Source of the DNA: Armatimonadota bacterium
Lineage (GTDB): Bacteria; Armatimonadota; Armatimonadia; Armatimonadales; Armatimonadaceae
Direction: 5' to 3'
Assembly (NCBI GenBank): GCA_031363095.1
Contig: JANLTX010000011.1
Location: 26,575 to 90,574 of the forward strand
Length of the DNA stretch: 64,000 bases
Positions within the stretch are counted from its first letter, which is position 1; every line of letters starts with the position of its first letter. Shown one piece after another: positions 26,153 through 34,987 of the stretch. A program made the translations under genes and the position numbers. The notes beneath the pieces are model-generated. The model was not told where the DNA came from and searched no databases. It was given only the letters and a program-made list of their open reading frames with translations.

Positions 26153-26811
26153 TCGGAGATGCTCCAGAGAGTTTCCCAGACATCCGGGCCGGGCAGCGGC
26201 TCTTCCCAGAGCCAGGCCGAGCGCAGAGTCAGCCTCGGAATTACTTCACAGTGATAGATTCCCTCGGAGTCCAGCGGCACCCGGCGGTAAAACCCGGTGT
26301 CGTCCAGACGCCAGAACTGAGCGCTCCGTGCTTCGGGGTCGATAATCCAGTACTCCCGCACGCCTGCCGCTTGATATTCCAGAAACTTCACGTCCCGATC
26401 TCGCTCTATACTCTCCGGTGAGACAATTTCCACACACAAATCGGCAGGACCTTCGACGCAGGTATCTTTCAGACGGTCTAAATTCTCAGGTGCGACATAC
26501 AATAAGTCAGGTTCTCGTCCATAGCGTGGCCGTTGAGTTGTTTTCATCGACACTGAAGAAGTAAACAAAACTCCCGTGCTATTTTCGCGACGCAGCCACC
26601 AGCGCAGAATTTCGTAGAGTAGCTGAATTAGCGACTGATGTACCAACTTGACAGGCATGTACTCTCCATGGGGATTTCGGTGGACAAAAATGACTTTCCC
26701 ATCTTCGAGTTCGGTCTGTTCTTCCTGGCACATTGCCCAGGCGAGCCATTCTTCGAACGTATCGAAGTAAATCTCCGGGAGAGTGTCGGTCTTTTCGAGA
26801 GTGTCTACCAT
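26149..26811 (-). CDS. Uma2-family (DUF820) restriction-endonuclease-like protein
   Basis: PDLLYVAPE, DLCVEIVSPES and REYWIIDPEARSAQFWRLD. Overlaps ribE (7 nt) and ribBA (4 nt). Confidence 0.85.
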   Translation of the reverse strand: MVDTLEKTDTLPEIYFDTFEEWLAWAMCQEEQTELEDGKVIFVHRNPHGEYMPVKLVHQSLIQLLYEILRWWLRRENSTGVLFTSSVSMKTTQRPRYGREPDLLYVAPENLDRLKDTCVEGPADLCVEIVSPESIERDRDVKFLEYQAAGVREYWIIDPEARSAQFWRLDDTGFYRRVPLDSEGIYHCEVIPRLTLRSAWLWEEPLPGPDVWETLWSISE

Positions 26812-27518
26812 CGCTCGGAGTCCGTTTCGGTTGCGGTGGCAGTAGCAACATAACCGGAGCGAGCCAATAAATCCATGGTGACGCCCTCGGGCCGACGAGC
26901 ATAGCCGGGAATATCGCCGCCTTGAGAGATATAGCCGCCTAACATTTTTTCGACGTACTTGCCGATAATATCGGTTTCTATATTTACCGTATCTCCCGCC
27001 CGACGATCTTTCAGAGTCGTGTTTTCCCAGGTATGGGGAATAATGGAAACCGCAAAGGTTTTTTCGGCGGAATCAGCAACCGTAAGAGAGATCCCATCGA
27101 CCGTGACGGAGCCTTTAGTGACGACGTAGCGCATGAGTTCGGGGCTGACTTCGACATAGACCCACCAGGAGTCGCCCACAGGCCGAATCGACGCGATCTT
27201 CCCCACGCCATCGACATGGCCCTGAACCAGGTGTCCGCCGAGGCGCTGCCCGACCGAAACCGCGCGCTCCAGGTTCACGGAGTCCCCGGTGCGGAGCGAC
27301 TCCAGCCCGGTCTTTCGCAGGGTCTCCCAGACAGCCTCGAAGCTCAGGTGCGGCGGGCGAATCTCGACGACGGTCAGACAGACCCCATTGATCGCGACCG
27401 AGTCACCAAGGGCGACGTCCTCGGCGATGGGTCCGGCGGCGAGGGTCAGCCGAACCGACTTGCTCCCGCTCTCGATCCCCGAAATCTTCCCGACCGCCTC
27501 GATAATGCCTGTGAACAT
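26805..27518 (-). CDS. ribE: Riboflavin synthase alpha subunit
   Basis: MFTGIIEAVGKI, GDSVAINGVCLTV and the repeated VTVDGISLTV. There is a ~30-aa C-terminal extension relative to what I expect. Confidence 0.9.
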   Translation of the reverse strand: MFTGIIEAVGKISGIESGSKSVRLTLAAGPIAEDVALGDSVAINGVCLTVVEIRPPHLSFEAVWETLRKTGLESLRTGDSVNLERAVSVGQRLGGHLVQGHVDGVGKIASIRPVGDSWWVYVEVSPELMRYVVTKGSVTVDGISLTVADSAEKTFAVSIIPHTWENTTLKDRRAGDTVNIETDIIGKYVEKMLGGYISQGGDIPGYARRPEGVTMDLLARSGYVATATATETDSERW

Positions 27519-28718
27519 CTATTGCCCGACCTCTCCGAAAATAGCGATGTCTTCACCATACCGCCGGGTGCGCACTCTCGTCAAGCGAACGCTTTCGGGC
27601 AGCCCGGCTCCGTCGATGGGCGTCGGGGCGTCGCTTCCGCCTAAAATTGTCGGCGCGACGAAGAAAACGACTCGATCCACCAGCCCCGCCTCCCAGAAAG
27701 ATGCCGCCAGCGCCCCGCCGCTTTCGAGAAGAACGTCCAGCAAGCCCCGTGCCGCCAGCGCCTTGAGCGCCTCCCGCACGTCGGGCCTGCCGCGCGAGTC
27801 GGGCGGGACGGTGAGAGTCTGTCCCCCGAAGCGCTCCGCTTTCGCCCCCGTGCCGCACGGGGGATCGGGGGTAACCCAAAGCGTGCCGGGGCGACAGATT
27901 CTTGCGTCGGGCGGGGTACGGAGCCGGGAATCGAACACAACGACGACGGGGTTGTGGCCGCGTCGGTTGCCAGGAAGCCGCGTGGTGAGGAGCGGATCGT
28001 CGGCCAGAATCGTTCCGACCCCGACGACAATCGCATCGACGCGATCTCGGAGTCGATGAACAGCGGCGCGGGCTTCCGAACCGGTGAGCGCCGTCGGTGC
28101 GTCTCGGGTGGAAGAAATCTTGCCGTCGAGCGAGAGCGCAGCTTTGTGCGTCACTCGGGGAAGCCCGGTGCGCTGGTGCTTGAGAAACGCGCCATGCGCC
28201 TCCTCCGCTTTCTTCGCGAGAAGCCCGACCTCGACGGTGATTCCTGCCGCGCGGAGAGCTTCAAAGCCCTGGCCGCTCACCAGCGGGTTCGGATCGGCGA
28301 CGCAGCAAACCACTCGTGCGATTCCCGCCTCGATGATTCGCTCGGTGCACGGCACTCGCGTCGAGCCGTCGGGCCTTTGAGTGTGGCAGCACGGCTCCAG
28401 CGTCACGTAGAGCGTCGCGCCCCGTGCCCGTGCGCCTGCGCGGTCCAGCGCCTCGCCCTCCGCATGTAGCCCGACGCCAGGCCGGGAGCGGGTCCAGCCC
28501 TCGCCCACAATCTCCCCAGAATCCACAACCACCGCCCCGACACACGGGTTCGGATGCGTCCGCGCCCGGTTCGTCAAAGCGAGCGCCCGACGGAGAAATC
28601 GGATATCGCCGCCATCTCCCCGAGTGCTTCGTTCGTTCCTCACTTCGCCTCGCCCCTCTTCCCAGGTCGCTCGTTCCTCGCTGGAAGAGGGGTCAGAAGA
28701 GTTCTCGTTTCCCGTCAT
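27519..28718 (-). CDS. ribD: Bifunctional riboflavin biosynthesis deaminase/reductase
   Basis: HPNPCVGAVVV, HAEGEAL and LEPCCH (deaminase), plus a C-terminal reductase domain. The preferred start MTGNENS at 28718 forms ATGA with the upstream stop. Confidence 0.9.
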   Translation of the reverse strand: MTGNENSSDPSSSEERATWEEGRGEVRNERSTRGDGGDIRFLRRALALTNRARTHPNPCVGAVVVDSGEIVGEGWTRSRPGVGLHAEGEALDRAGARARGATLYVTLEPCCHTQRPDGSTRVPCTERIIEAGIARVVCCVADPNPLVSGQGFEALRAAGITVEVGLLAKKAEEAHGAFLKHQRTGLPRVTHKAALSLDGKISSTRDAPTALTGSEARAAVHRLRDRVDAIVVGVGTILADDPLLTTRLPGNRRGHNPVVVVFDSRLRTPPDARICRPGTLWVTPDPPCGTGAKAERFGGQTLTVPPDSRGRPDVREALKALAARGLLDVLLESGGALAASFWEAGLVDRVVFFVAPTILGGSDAPTPIDGAGLPESVRLTRVRTRRYGEDIAIFGEVGQ

Positions 28719-31003
28719 TGCGCCCGTGCCTCGGGCGGGAGCAGCGTCTCCAGAATCTTCCGCTCCTCGATGGGTAGCTTCAAAAGTGCCTTTCGATTCC
28801 GCGTCTTCTTCCACTCCACCGCCGCCGAAAGCAGCCGAATCGGAATCTCCAGCGCCTTCTTGCCCTCGCTATTCGCCTTCCACGCTTCCAACCAAACTTC
28901 AGCCGCTTCGTCCGTTATGCTCGGTTCAAAAAGAATCGGAATCGCCCGAACCATTCCCTGTCCAAAGTTCTCCAGTTGCCCATTTTCCTCAAAAATAGCC
29001 AGAACTGCCCTAACTCGTTCTTTCCAAAAACTTGAATCCTTCTGCTCTCTCATCAAAATCCGACAAACAGCAAAACAATCTTCTTGATAATCCACATCTT
29101 TCGGTTTCGCAGAAGAATTTCCAAGCTCATTGAATGCTTTTTTCCATGAAATTTCTGATTTTTCCCATAATCTCATACTAAAATAAGCTACAGCGCGACT
29201 GAATTTTGGATATGAGTCTTTTGGATCGAGTTCCAGAGCGCGGTCATACGACTCCAGAGCCTCGGGATAACGAGAGAGATTATACAAAGTATATCCACGA
29301 TTGTTCCAGGCAATTGTATCTTTTGGATCGAGTTCCAGAGCGCGTTCATACGATTCCAGAGCCTCAGAATAACGAGAGAGATTATACAAAGTATATCCAC
29401 GATTGTTCCAGGCAATTGTATCTTTTGGATCGAGTTCCAGAGTGCGGTCATACGATTCCAGAGCCTCGGAATAACGAGAGAGACTGTTCAAAGTATTTCC
29501 ACGGTTGTTCCAGGCATATACATTCTTTGGATCGAGTTCCAGAGCGCGGTCATACGACTCCAGAGCCTCAGAATAACGAGAGAGTTCGTTGAGGCAGTAG
29601 GCTTTTTGAAAAAAATCGTTTGCTGTTGCTTCGATACCGCGTTTTCGGAGGACTTTCTCATACGCTTCCAGGGCTTTTTCGTGGTCGCCGCCCCAGCGTT
29701 CCATGTCTGCCTGGTGTGCCAGGCGCTTTGCTTCAGAGAGGTATTGCTGTTTCAGGTTGAGGGCGCGAGTGAGATAGCCATGTGAGCCGGAATCAGCCTC
29801 AGTTTCCAGGCGATGGCGTAGCTCGGATTCGGTGTTCCAGCCGACGAGAAACTCCAGAAGCGTGGGTAAATATTGGTCCTGGGCGGCGCGAGTTTCCAGA
29901 ACTAACCGCAACATGGGTTCTGAGAGTTCGTAGTAAGACTCACGTCCGGCGCGTTCAGGACGGATATAGCGATCTTCGGTGATTCGGCTAAGCTGAGCCG
30001 AGACAGTGTTCGGCTCTAAGAAACAGTCGGCGGCGATCTCTTTGACGGAGACTGGCTCGCGATGCAAAGCGATAGCTTCCACAATCGCCCGTTCCTGGTC
30101 GGAGAGCGTGCCGTCTTTCATCTTCGACTGATAGTAGGGCGTAAGCTGGTCGATAAGCTTGCGGAACGCGACGGTCAGATCGTCGAGCGGGGAGTCGGTC
30201 AGAACGTCGGAGAAGAGGAACCACAGGCGCGGATGACCGCCTGCCATATGCTCAACAGCACGGAGCTTGGGCAGGGCGTCCTCGGCCCGAAGCCGGGCGA
30301 CCAGCACGTCGGCCATCGTCGGGTGCCGCTTCGCCAGCCGAATCAGAAGCTCGCGGCCCTGGACGGCGTCGAGGTCTTTGAGGTGCGTGACTTCGAAAAA
30401 ACCGTAGAACGGGGCGGCGTGCTTGACGAGGCTGTGCGAGAGGCTCGGAGTCGTGACGAGAAGCAGGGTCTGCTGCTGGGTTTGGAGGAACGCACGCAGT
30501 CCGCGCTGCCCGGCGTCTTTGAGCTGCTTCAGGATGTCGTCGAAGTTCTCGGCGAGCAGAACCAGGGTTTTGTCACCGAGCCACTCATCCAGGATTCTCT
30601 CGGCGCGGGGCTGGGCGTCTTTCACGGACAGGCCGCGCAGGTCGCTCACGGCTTTTTTCAGGGCGGCGTCGGCGTAGGTGTCGGCCAGAACGTCGAGGGT
30701 GCGGCGCAGGAGATGAAAGAAGGACAGAAGCCCGTACTCTTCCTCGCTCAGTCGGGCAAAACGCGCGGTTTGGCTCAGCGCTTCGTCGGCGCGCAGGCGG
30801 TTGTAGAGAACGCTGAGCAGATGCGTTTTTCCCATCCCGCGCGGCCCGACGATCAGCGCATGGCGCTTGACGCCGCGCTTTGTGCTATCGGCCACCGCTT
30901 TTTCCAGCCTTCGTGCGATCTCCTCGCGAGCGACGAAAAGCTCCTCCAAAGTCTCAGGGGCCATCTGGCGGGGTGAAAACGCAGAGAGAAACTCGCTTGC
31001 CAT
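28715..31003 (-). CDS. ORC/Cdc6-like AAA ATPase + winged-helix + TPR-repeat protein (STAND-like architecture)
   Basis: Walker A IVGPRGMGKTHLL and Walker B-like LVLLAENFDD. wHTH-like ERAIVEAIALHREPVSVKEIAA. Followed by >=6 TPRs (YSEALESYDRALELDPKD...). The preferred start MASEFLS at 31003 lies 1 nt after the upstream TAA, with GGAGG upstream. Confidence 0.75.
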   Translation of the reverse strand: MASEFLSAFSPRQMAPETLEELFVAREEIARRLEKAVADSTKRGVKRHALIVGPRGMGKTHLLSVLYNRLRADEALSQTARFARLSEEEYGLLSFFHLLRRTLDVLADTYADAALKKAVSDLRGLSVKDAQPRAERILDEWLGDKTLVLLAENFDDILKQLKDAGQRGLRAFLQTQQQTLLLVTTPSLSHSLVKHAAPFYGFFEVTHLKDLDAVQGRELLIRLAKRHPTMADVLVARLRAEDALPKLRAVEHMAGGHPRLWFLFSDVLTDSPLDDLTVAFRKLIDQLTPYYQSKMKDGTLSDQERAIVEAIALHREPVSVKEIAADCFLEPNTVSAQLSRITEDRYIRPERAGRESYYELSEPMLRLVLETRAAQDQYLPTLLEFLVGWNTESELRHRLETEADSGSHGYLTRALNLKQQYLSEAKRLAHQADMERWGGDHEKALEAYEKVLRKRGIEATANDFFQKAYCLNELSRYSEALESYDRALELDPKNVYAWNNRGNTLNSLSRYSEALESYDRTLELDPKDTIAWNNRGYTLYNLSRYSEALESYERALELDPKDTIAWNNRGYTLYNLSRYPEALESYDRALELDPKDSYPKFSRAVAYFSMRLWEKSEISWKKAFNELGNSSAKPKDVDYQEDCFAVCRILMREQKDSSFWKERVRAVLAIFEENGQLENFGQGMVRAIPILFEPSITDEAAEVWLEAWKANSEGKKALEIPIRLLSAAVEWKKTRNRKALLKLPIEERKILETLLPPEARAQ
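29205..29590 (-). repeat. Four tandem ~102-bp near-identical DNA repeats encoding TPR units
   Basis: Unit TTTTGGATCGAGTTCCAGAGCGCGGTCATACGA(C/T)TCCAGAGCCTC... recurs with only a few substitutions per unit. The region is lower in GC than its flanks. Confidence 0.85.
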
Positions 31004-31004
31004 G

Positions 31005-32135
31005 TTACCCAAGCCTCCGAAGCAAGAGCCAGACGCGGCGGATGAAGCCATAGCGAAACACAAATCGCCCGGCTTCGTCGTAGCGAATATAGAGATCGTC
31101 TTCGAGAAGCTTCAGCGTAGACTCCAGCGCGTCGGGGTCGGCTCCGGGCAGGCGACTCGAAAGCTCGGCGAGCGTCAGAGCTTCGTCGCGGGCGAGTGCA
31201 TCGAGTAGCGCACGGGCGAGGGCGCGGCGATTCGGAGCGTAGTACGTCTCGATGCGCTTGTTGTAAAAATCCAGCTCAATTGCGCTGGTTGCATCGGTTG
31301 CCAGGTAGCGTACCGCACGATTTACGCCCTCTTCATCTAAAGAAAAACCTTCGCTCTTGAGCGCCCGAACAATCTCACGAATGTAAAAGGGCAGGCCATC
31401 CGTGGTCGTTGCGATGCAGCCAGTTAGTACACTGGAGCTTTCAAGACCTTCTCCCATCAGCCAGGACTCCGCAAGAATCTTTGCATCCGTCGGCGAGAGC
31501 GGTGGAAGTGCCCTGCGAACCATATCACTTACAGGCTGATTCGCATAGCCTTTCTCGCGCAAGTCAGATAAAACGTGATGTAAGCCAATAGAGCCAGTGA
31601 CAACGAAGCGGATTTTCCCTTCACGCTTCCCATAAACTTGATCCAGCTTACGCAGTGTATTTAAAATCTCACGACGGTCCGATTCAGGCATATTCTGGAG
31701 CATCATCGGAACTTCATCCAGAAAAAACACGACACGAGAATAGTTTTTCTGCTCGCACAATCCCTGCATCACGCGCTCCAGAAGCGTCTGCCAGCTCGCT
31801 TCGGCTCGGGGTATTTTTACACCAGCAGCTTCTGCACCACCAAGTAGCTTTTTCAGCCCGCGCACTTCTTCGCCTGCGTGTCGGGACAGAGGCAGGTATT
31901 CGGCAGATCTATCATAGATTGCCTGGGCGAGGGCATCCGGAGTGTGGGTGGCTTCCAGTTCAAAGAAAAACGCAAGAGTGCCACCTGGAGCTTCCCGCGC
32001 CATCTCCTCAATAACAGTGGTCTTCCCGACACGACGCTCGCCGAGCAGGTAGACACTCTTCTCCTCCAACAGCTCCCAGAGTTCTTTGATAAACTCGCTT
32101 CGTCCAAATGCTCCGTACATAGAGGCATTATACAT
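31005..32135 (-). CDS. AAA ATPase (archaeal-ATPase/PF01637-like) with C-terminal winged-helix
   Basis: Walker A LLGERRVGKTTVI and Walker B VVFFLDEVP. The C-terminus LTLAELSSRL...LEDDLYIRYDE is wHTH-like. Confidence 0.75.
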   Translation of the reverse strand: MYNASMYGAFGRSEFIKELWELLEEKSVYLLGERRVGKTTVIEEMAREAPGGTLAFFFELEATHTPDALAQAIYDRSAEYLPLSRHAGEEVRGLKKLLGGAEAAGVKIPRAEASWQTLLERVMQGLCEQKNYSRVVFFLDEVPMMLQNMPESDRREILNTLRKLDQVYGKREGKIRFVVTGSIGLHHVLSDLREKGYANQPVSDMVRRALPPLSPTDAKILAESWLMGEGLESSSVLTGCIATTTDGLPFYIREIVRALKSEGFSLDEEGVNRAVRYLATDATSAIELDFYNKRIETYYAPNRRALARALLDALARDEALTLAELSSRLPGADPDALESTLKLLEDDLYIRYDEAGRFVFRYGFIRRVWLLLRRLG

Positions 32136-32171
32136 CCAACAAATTTGTCGTGCAACAAATTTGCTGGATGT

Positions 32172-32552
32172 TCATTCGTCGCCGGATTTGTTGCGGACAG
32201 CGGCGACCGTTTCGTCGATGAGCTTGTTCAGCTCGCCCCGGCGCTCTTTTCGAATCACAGAGTAGGACTCCAGCGCGTCGAGCAGCGCGACGCACGACAG
32301 AGAGAGCGTCACCAGCACGCACGAGAGAATCAGGGAGAGATAGCGGATCGCGCCGACCTTGTTGCCGCGCCCGACGACCATTCCTGCGGCGAACCAGCCG
32401 AGCGCAAAGAGAACCAGCAAAAGGCCCAGCCCGGCCAGCCGGAAGCGCCATGAGCGATCTGAAAGTGCCCCGAAGCGCCTCGGCCAGCCCAGAACGAGGT
32501 AGGTCAGGGTTCCTAAAAACCCGAGAGTCAGAAATAGTTGAAGCACGCTCAT
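32172..32552 (-). CDS. Small integral membrane protein (3-4 predicted TM helices)
   Basis: The internal start MSVLQLFLTLGFLGTLTYLVLGW forms ATGA with the rpe stop. The upstream part of ORF 32172..32930 is an Arg-rich alternate frame of rpe and is rejected. Confidence 0.5.
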   Translation of the reverse strand: MSVLQLFLTLGFLGTLTYLVLGWPRRFGALSDRSWRFRLAGLGLLLVLFALGWFAAGMVVGRGNKVGAIRYLSLILSCVLVTLSLSCVALLDALESYSVIRKERRGELNKLIDETVAAVRNKSGDE

Positions 32553-33211
32553 GAAATCACGTCTTTCAGCGCCGCAAGTCCGCCTGCAATGCCGCCCGGA
32601 TGCCCGAAGACAAACGAGCCAGAAACCAGAATGTCCGCGCCGCTCCGAACCAGCTCTGGGGCGGTTTTCGCATCGACGCCGCCGTCCACGGAGATCAGGA
32701 AGCTCGCTCCCGACTCGGCCCGGAGTGCGGCAAGCTCCGAAACTTTCTTTGCGGCCTGCGGCAAGAAGCTCTGGCCGCCGAAGCCCGGATTGACCGTCAT
32801 CACCAGCACCAGGTCTAAATCTCCGAGCACATAACGTAGAGAGTCCAGTCCGGTTGCGGGGTTGAGCGCGACGCCCGCTTTCATCCCGGCAGCACGAATC
32901 GCCGAGAGCGTCCGCTGAAGATGCAGACAAGCCTCAGCGTGGACCGTGAGCGCGTTCACTCCGGCCTCGGCCATCGGCGCGATGAAGTCGTCGGGGCGGG
33001 AGACCATGAGATGCGCATCGAACACCAGCTCGGGTGCGTGAGAGCGTAGCGCCCGGATCAGCCCGGCTCCGAACGTGAGGTTCGGGACGAAGTGCCCGTC
33101 CATCACGTCCAAGTGCAGATAGGGTGCCCCGGCGAGGGCGCACTCCCGCACCTGCTCGCCGAGGCGCGAAAAATCCGCCGCCAGCAGCGAGGGCGCAAGG
33201 AGCGGGGCCAT
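32549..33211 (-). CDS. rpe: Ribulose-phosphate 3-epimerase
   Basis: LHLDVMDGHFVPNLTFG, MTVNPGFGGQSF, VDGGV. The preferred start is MAPLLAPS (33211). Confidence 0.9.
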   Translation of the reverse strand: MAPLLAPSLLAADFSRLGEQVRECALAGAPYLHLDVMDGHFVPNLTFGAGLIRALRSHAPELVFDAHLMVSRPDDFIAPMAEAGVNALTVHAEACLHLQRTLSAIRAAGMKAGVALNPATGLDSLRYVLGDLDLVLVMTVNPGFGGQSFLPQAAKKVSELAALRAESGASFLISVDGGVDAKTAPELVRSGADILVSGSFVFGHPGGIAGGLAALKDVIS

Positions 33212-33212
33212 C

Positions 33213-34985
33213 TTAGAGGTCCGCGACACCCTTCAGCTCGTCGTTGTCGTAGAGCCGGATCGCGCCTTTGCCCGAGACCACGACCGTGACCTGGACAGGA
33301 TCGCCCGACTCGTGCTGGGTGTCGTACTCGGTCCGCTTGCCGTCGGCGTCGGTGACATCGATCCGAATGCGGTGGATCTTGCCGTCGCGCGGGACCACGT
33401 ACGGCTCTTTGGGAACGCTGTACGAGTGGGTCGCGCTCCGGGCTGGCTCCGGCGGCGTTTTCGGCTCTGGCTCGTTACTGGAAACCGGTGGCGCTTCAAT
33501 CGGCTCCGGGGTCGGGTCGGGGGTCGGCTCAGGAGTGGGTTCGGGCGTCGGCTCCTCGCCCTTGGAGACGACCAGGTTGACCTGCGCTCCCTTGGGGCGG
33601 CGCTCGTTGGCCGACGGTTCTTGATCTAAGACATTCCCCTTGACCATGAAGTCGTAGCGGTACGTCACCGGCCCCATCCGAAGGCCCGCCCGGTCCAGCT
33701 CTTTCTTGGCACGCTCCAGCGCCATCTCGGTCACGCTGGGAACGACGACCGTCACCGGCCCGAGCGAGATCCCGACGGCAAGCTTGGTGCCTTCTTTGAC
33801 CTTCATTCCGGCCTGATCGCGCTGCATGTAGATCGTCCCGGCGGGAAAGTTGACCTGGTTCTTCTTTTCGTACTCGACGACATCGAACTTCGCCTTGTGC
33901 CCGAGCGTCTCGGCTTCCTCGATGCTCTTGCCGATCAGGTTCGGAACGACCACGTCGCCGGGCGGCACCATGATCTTCATGATCATCGAGACCAGGTACC
34001 AGGCGAGGACGCCGAGTCCGAGTAGCATCAGCAGGTTGAAGCTGGCAAACCAGCGTCCGATCCCTGGCTTTTGGCGGGAAGATTTCACGTTTGTCTGTTC
34101 CTCATGGGCAGGCTCTGGCATCGCGCCGGGAAGCGTCGGGCGGGAGACCCGGCGACGCGGAGTGCCTTTCGCGACAGGTGCAGGCTCACTCTCGTCCAGT
34201 GGCGACCACGAGAGAGAGGTTCCTTTTTGTAGCGCATCCTGGACGGTACGCAGATCGCTTGCCAGCGACTCGGCGGTTTCGTAGCCGCCAGAGAGCGCTT
34301 TCACTGTAATTCCTTCGAGCGCACGCGGGACCGCCTGATTGCGTTTCTTCGGCGAGATCCACCCGCCCGAGCTGCCTTCGGGCTGGGCACGCTCACCCGT
34401 CAGCATCGGATAGAGCAGCTCGCCCACCCGCCGCAGGTCGTTTCCCATCGACGCGTCTCTTGCCTCGCCGAAGCCGGTGAGCCGGGGCAGGGTGTCGCTG
34501 GCCATCCAGATTCGCTCGGGCGTCAGGTCGCCGTGCGCGACGCCCTGGCGGTGCGCGTAGGTAAGCGCCTCGGCAACTCCCAGCGCGATCTCCGTCGCCA
34601 CGTTGAGGGAGAACGGAGCGCCCCGCTTCAGCCGCTCCCGGAGGTCCAGCCCCCGGACGAACTCCTCGGTCAGGCCGCAGAGTCCGCGCTCCGGATCGCT
34701 CACCGGCTCGTAGGTCCGAACGATATTCGGGTGCTGAAGCCCCAGCGCCGTCGTCCAGCCCTCGGTCAGACGCTCTTCCAGCGTCTCGCGGTCGGGTAGC
34801 TCGCCACGCAACAGCTTGATGGCGACGATCCGGTTCTGTTGCTGGTCCCGCGCACGAAACAGCCACAACAGAGGGGTCTCGCCCAGGGTTTCGAGGATCT
34901 CGTAGCGGTCCGCAACAACCTGGTTGATCCAGGCTCGCCCCAGGCCCGCTCCCGTCTCGACCTCGCTTCGGCTTTCTTCCGCCAC
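33213..34985 (-). CDS. PASTA-domain membrane protein with degenerate Ser/Thr kinase domain (predicted pseudokinase)
   Basis: Kinase-like N-domain (VAIKLL retained; HGDLTPER in place of HRDxKxxN; GFG in place of DFG; glycine loop absent). TM helix FNLLMLLGLGVLAWYLVSMI. Two PASTA-like repeats, a PEPTPEPTPEPTPDPTPEP linker and a small C-terminal domain. Confidence 0.8.
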   Translation of the reverse strand: MAEESRSEVETGAGLGRAWINQVVADRYEILETLGETPLLWLFRARDQQQNRIVAIKLLRGELPDRETLEERLTEGWTTALGLQHPNIVRTYEPVSDPERGLCGLTEEFVRGLDLRERLKRGAPFSLNVATEIALGVAEALTYAHRQGVAHGDLTPERIWMASDTLPRLTGFGEARDASMGNDLRRVGELLYPMLTGERAQPEGSSGGWISPKKRNQAVPRALEGITVKALSGGYETAESLASDLRTVQDALQKGTSLSWSPLDESEPAPVAKGTPRRRVSRPTLPGAMPEPAHEEQTNVKSSRQKPGIGRWFASFNLLMLLGLGVLAWYLVSMIMKIMVPPGDVVVPNLIGKSIEEAETLGHKAKFDVVEYEKKNQVNFPAGTIYMQRDQAGMKVKEGTKLAVGISLGPVTVVVPSVTEMALERAKKELDRAGLRMGPVTYRYDFMVKGNVLDQEPSANERRPKGAQVNLVVSKGEEPTPEPTPEPTPDPTPEPIEAPPVSSNEPEPKTPPEPARSATHSYSVPKEPYVVPRDGKIHRIRIDVTDADGKRTEYDTQHESGDPVQVTVVVSGKGAIRLYDNDELKGVADL

Positions 34986-34987
34986 GC

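Noticed and set aside
28719-28830. Looked for an FMN (RFN) riboswitch upstream of ribD.
   Set aside because: The region is coding (the 3' end of the TPR-ATPase gene), and I saw none of the conserved RFN blocks. A covariance-model search would be needed to confirm this.
29205-29590. Regularly spaced ~102-bp repeats that could superficially suggest a CRISPR-like array.
   Set aside because: The repeats are contiguous with no unique spacers. They lie in frame within a long ORF and encode 34-aa TPR units.
32553-32930. N-terminal 126 aa of ORF 32172..32930.
   Set aside because: This part is an Arg-rich alternate frame of rpe. A hydrophobic small protein starting at the ATGA junction (32552) is the only plausible coding part.
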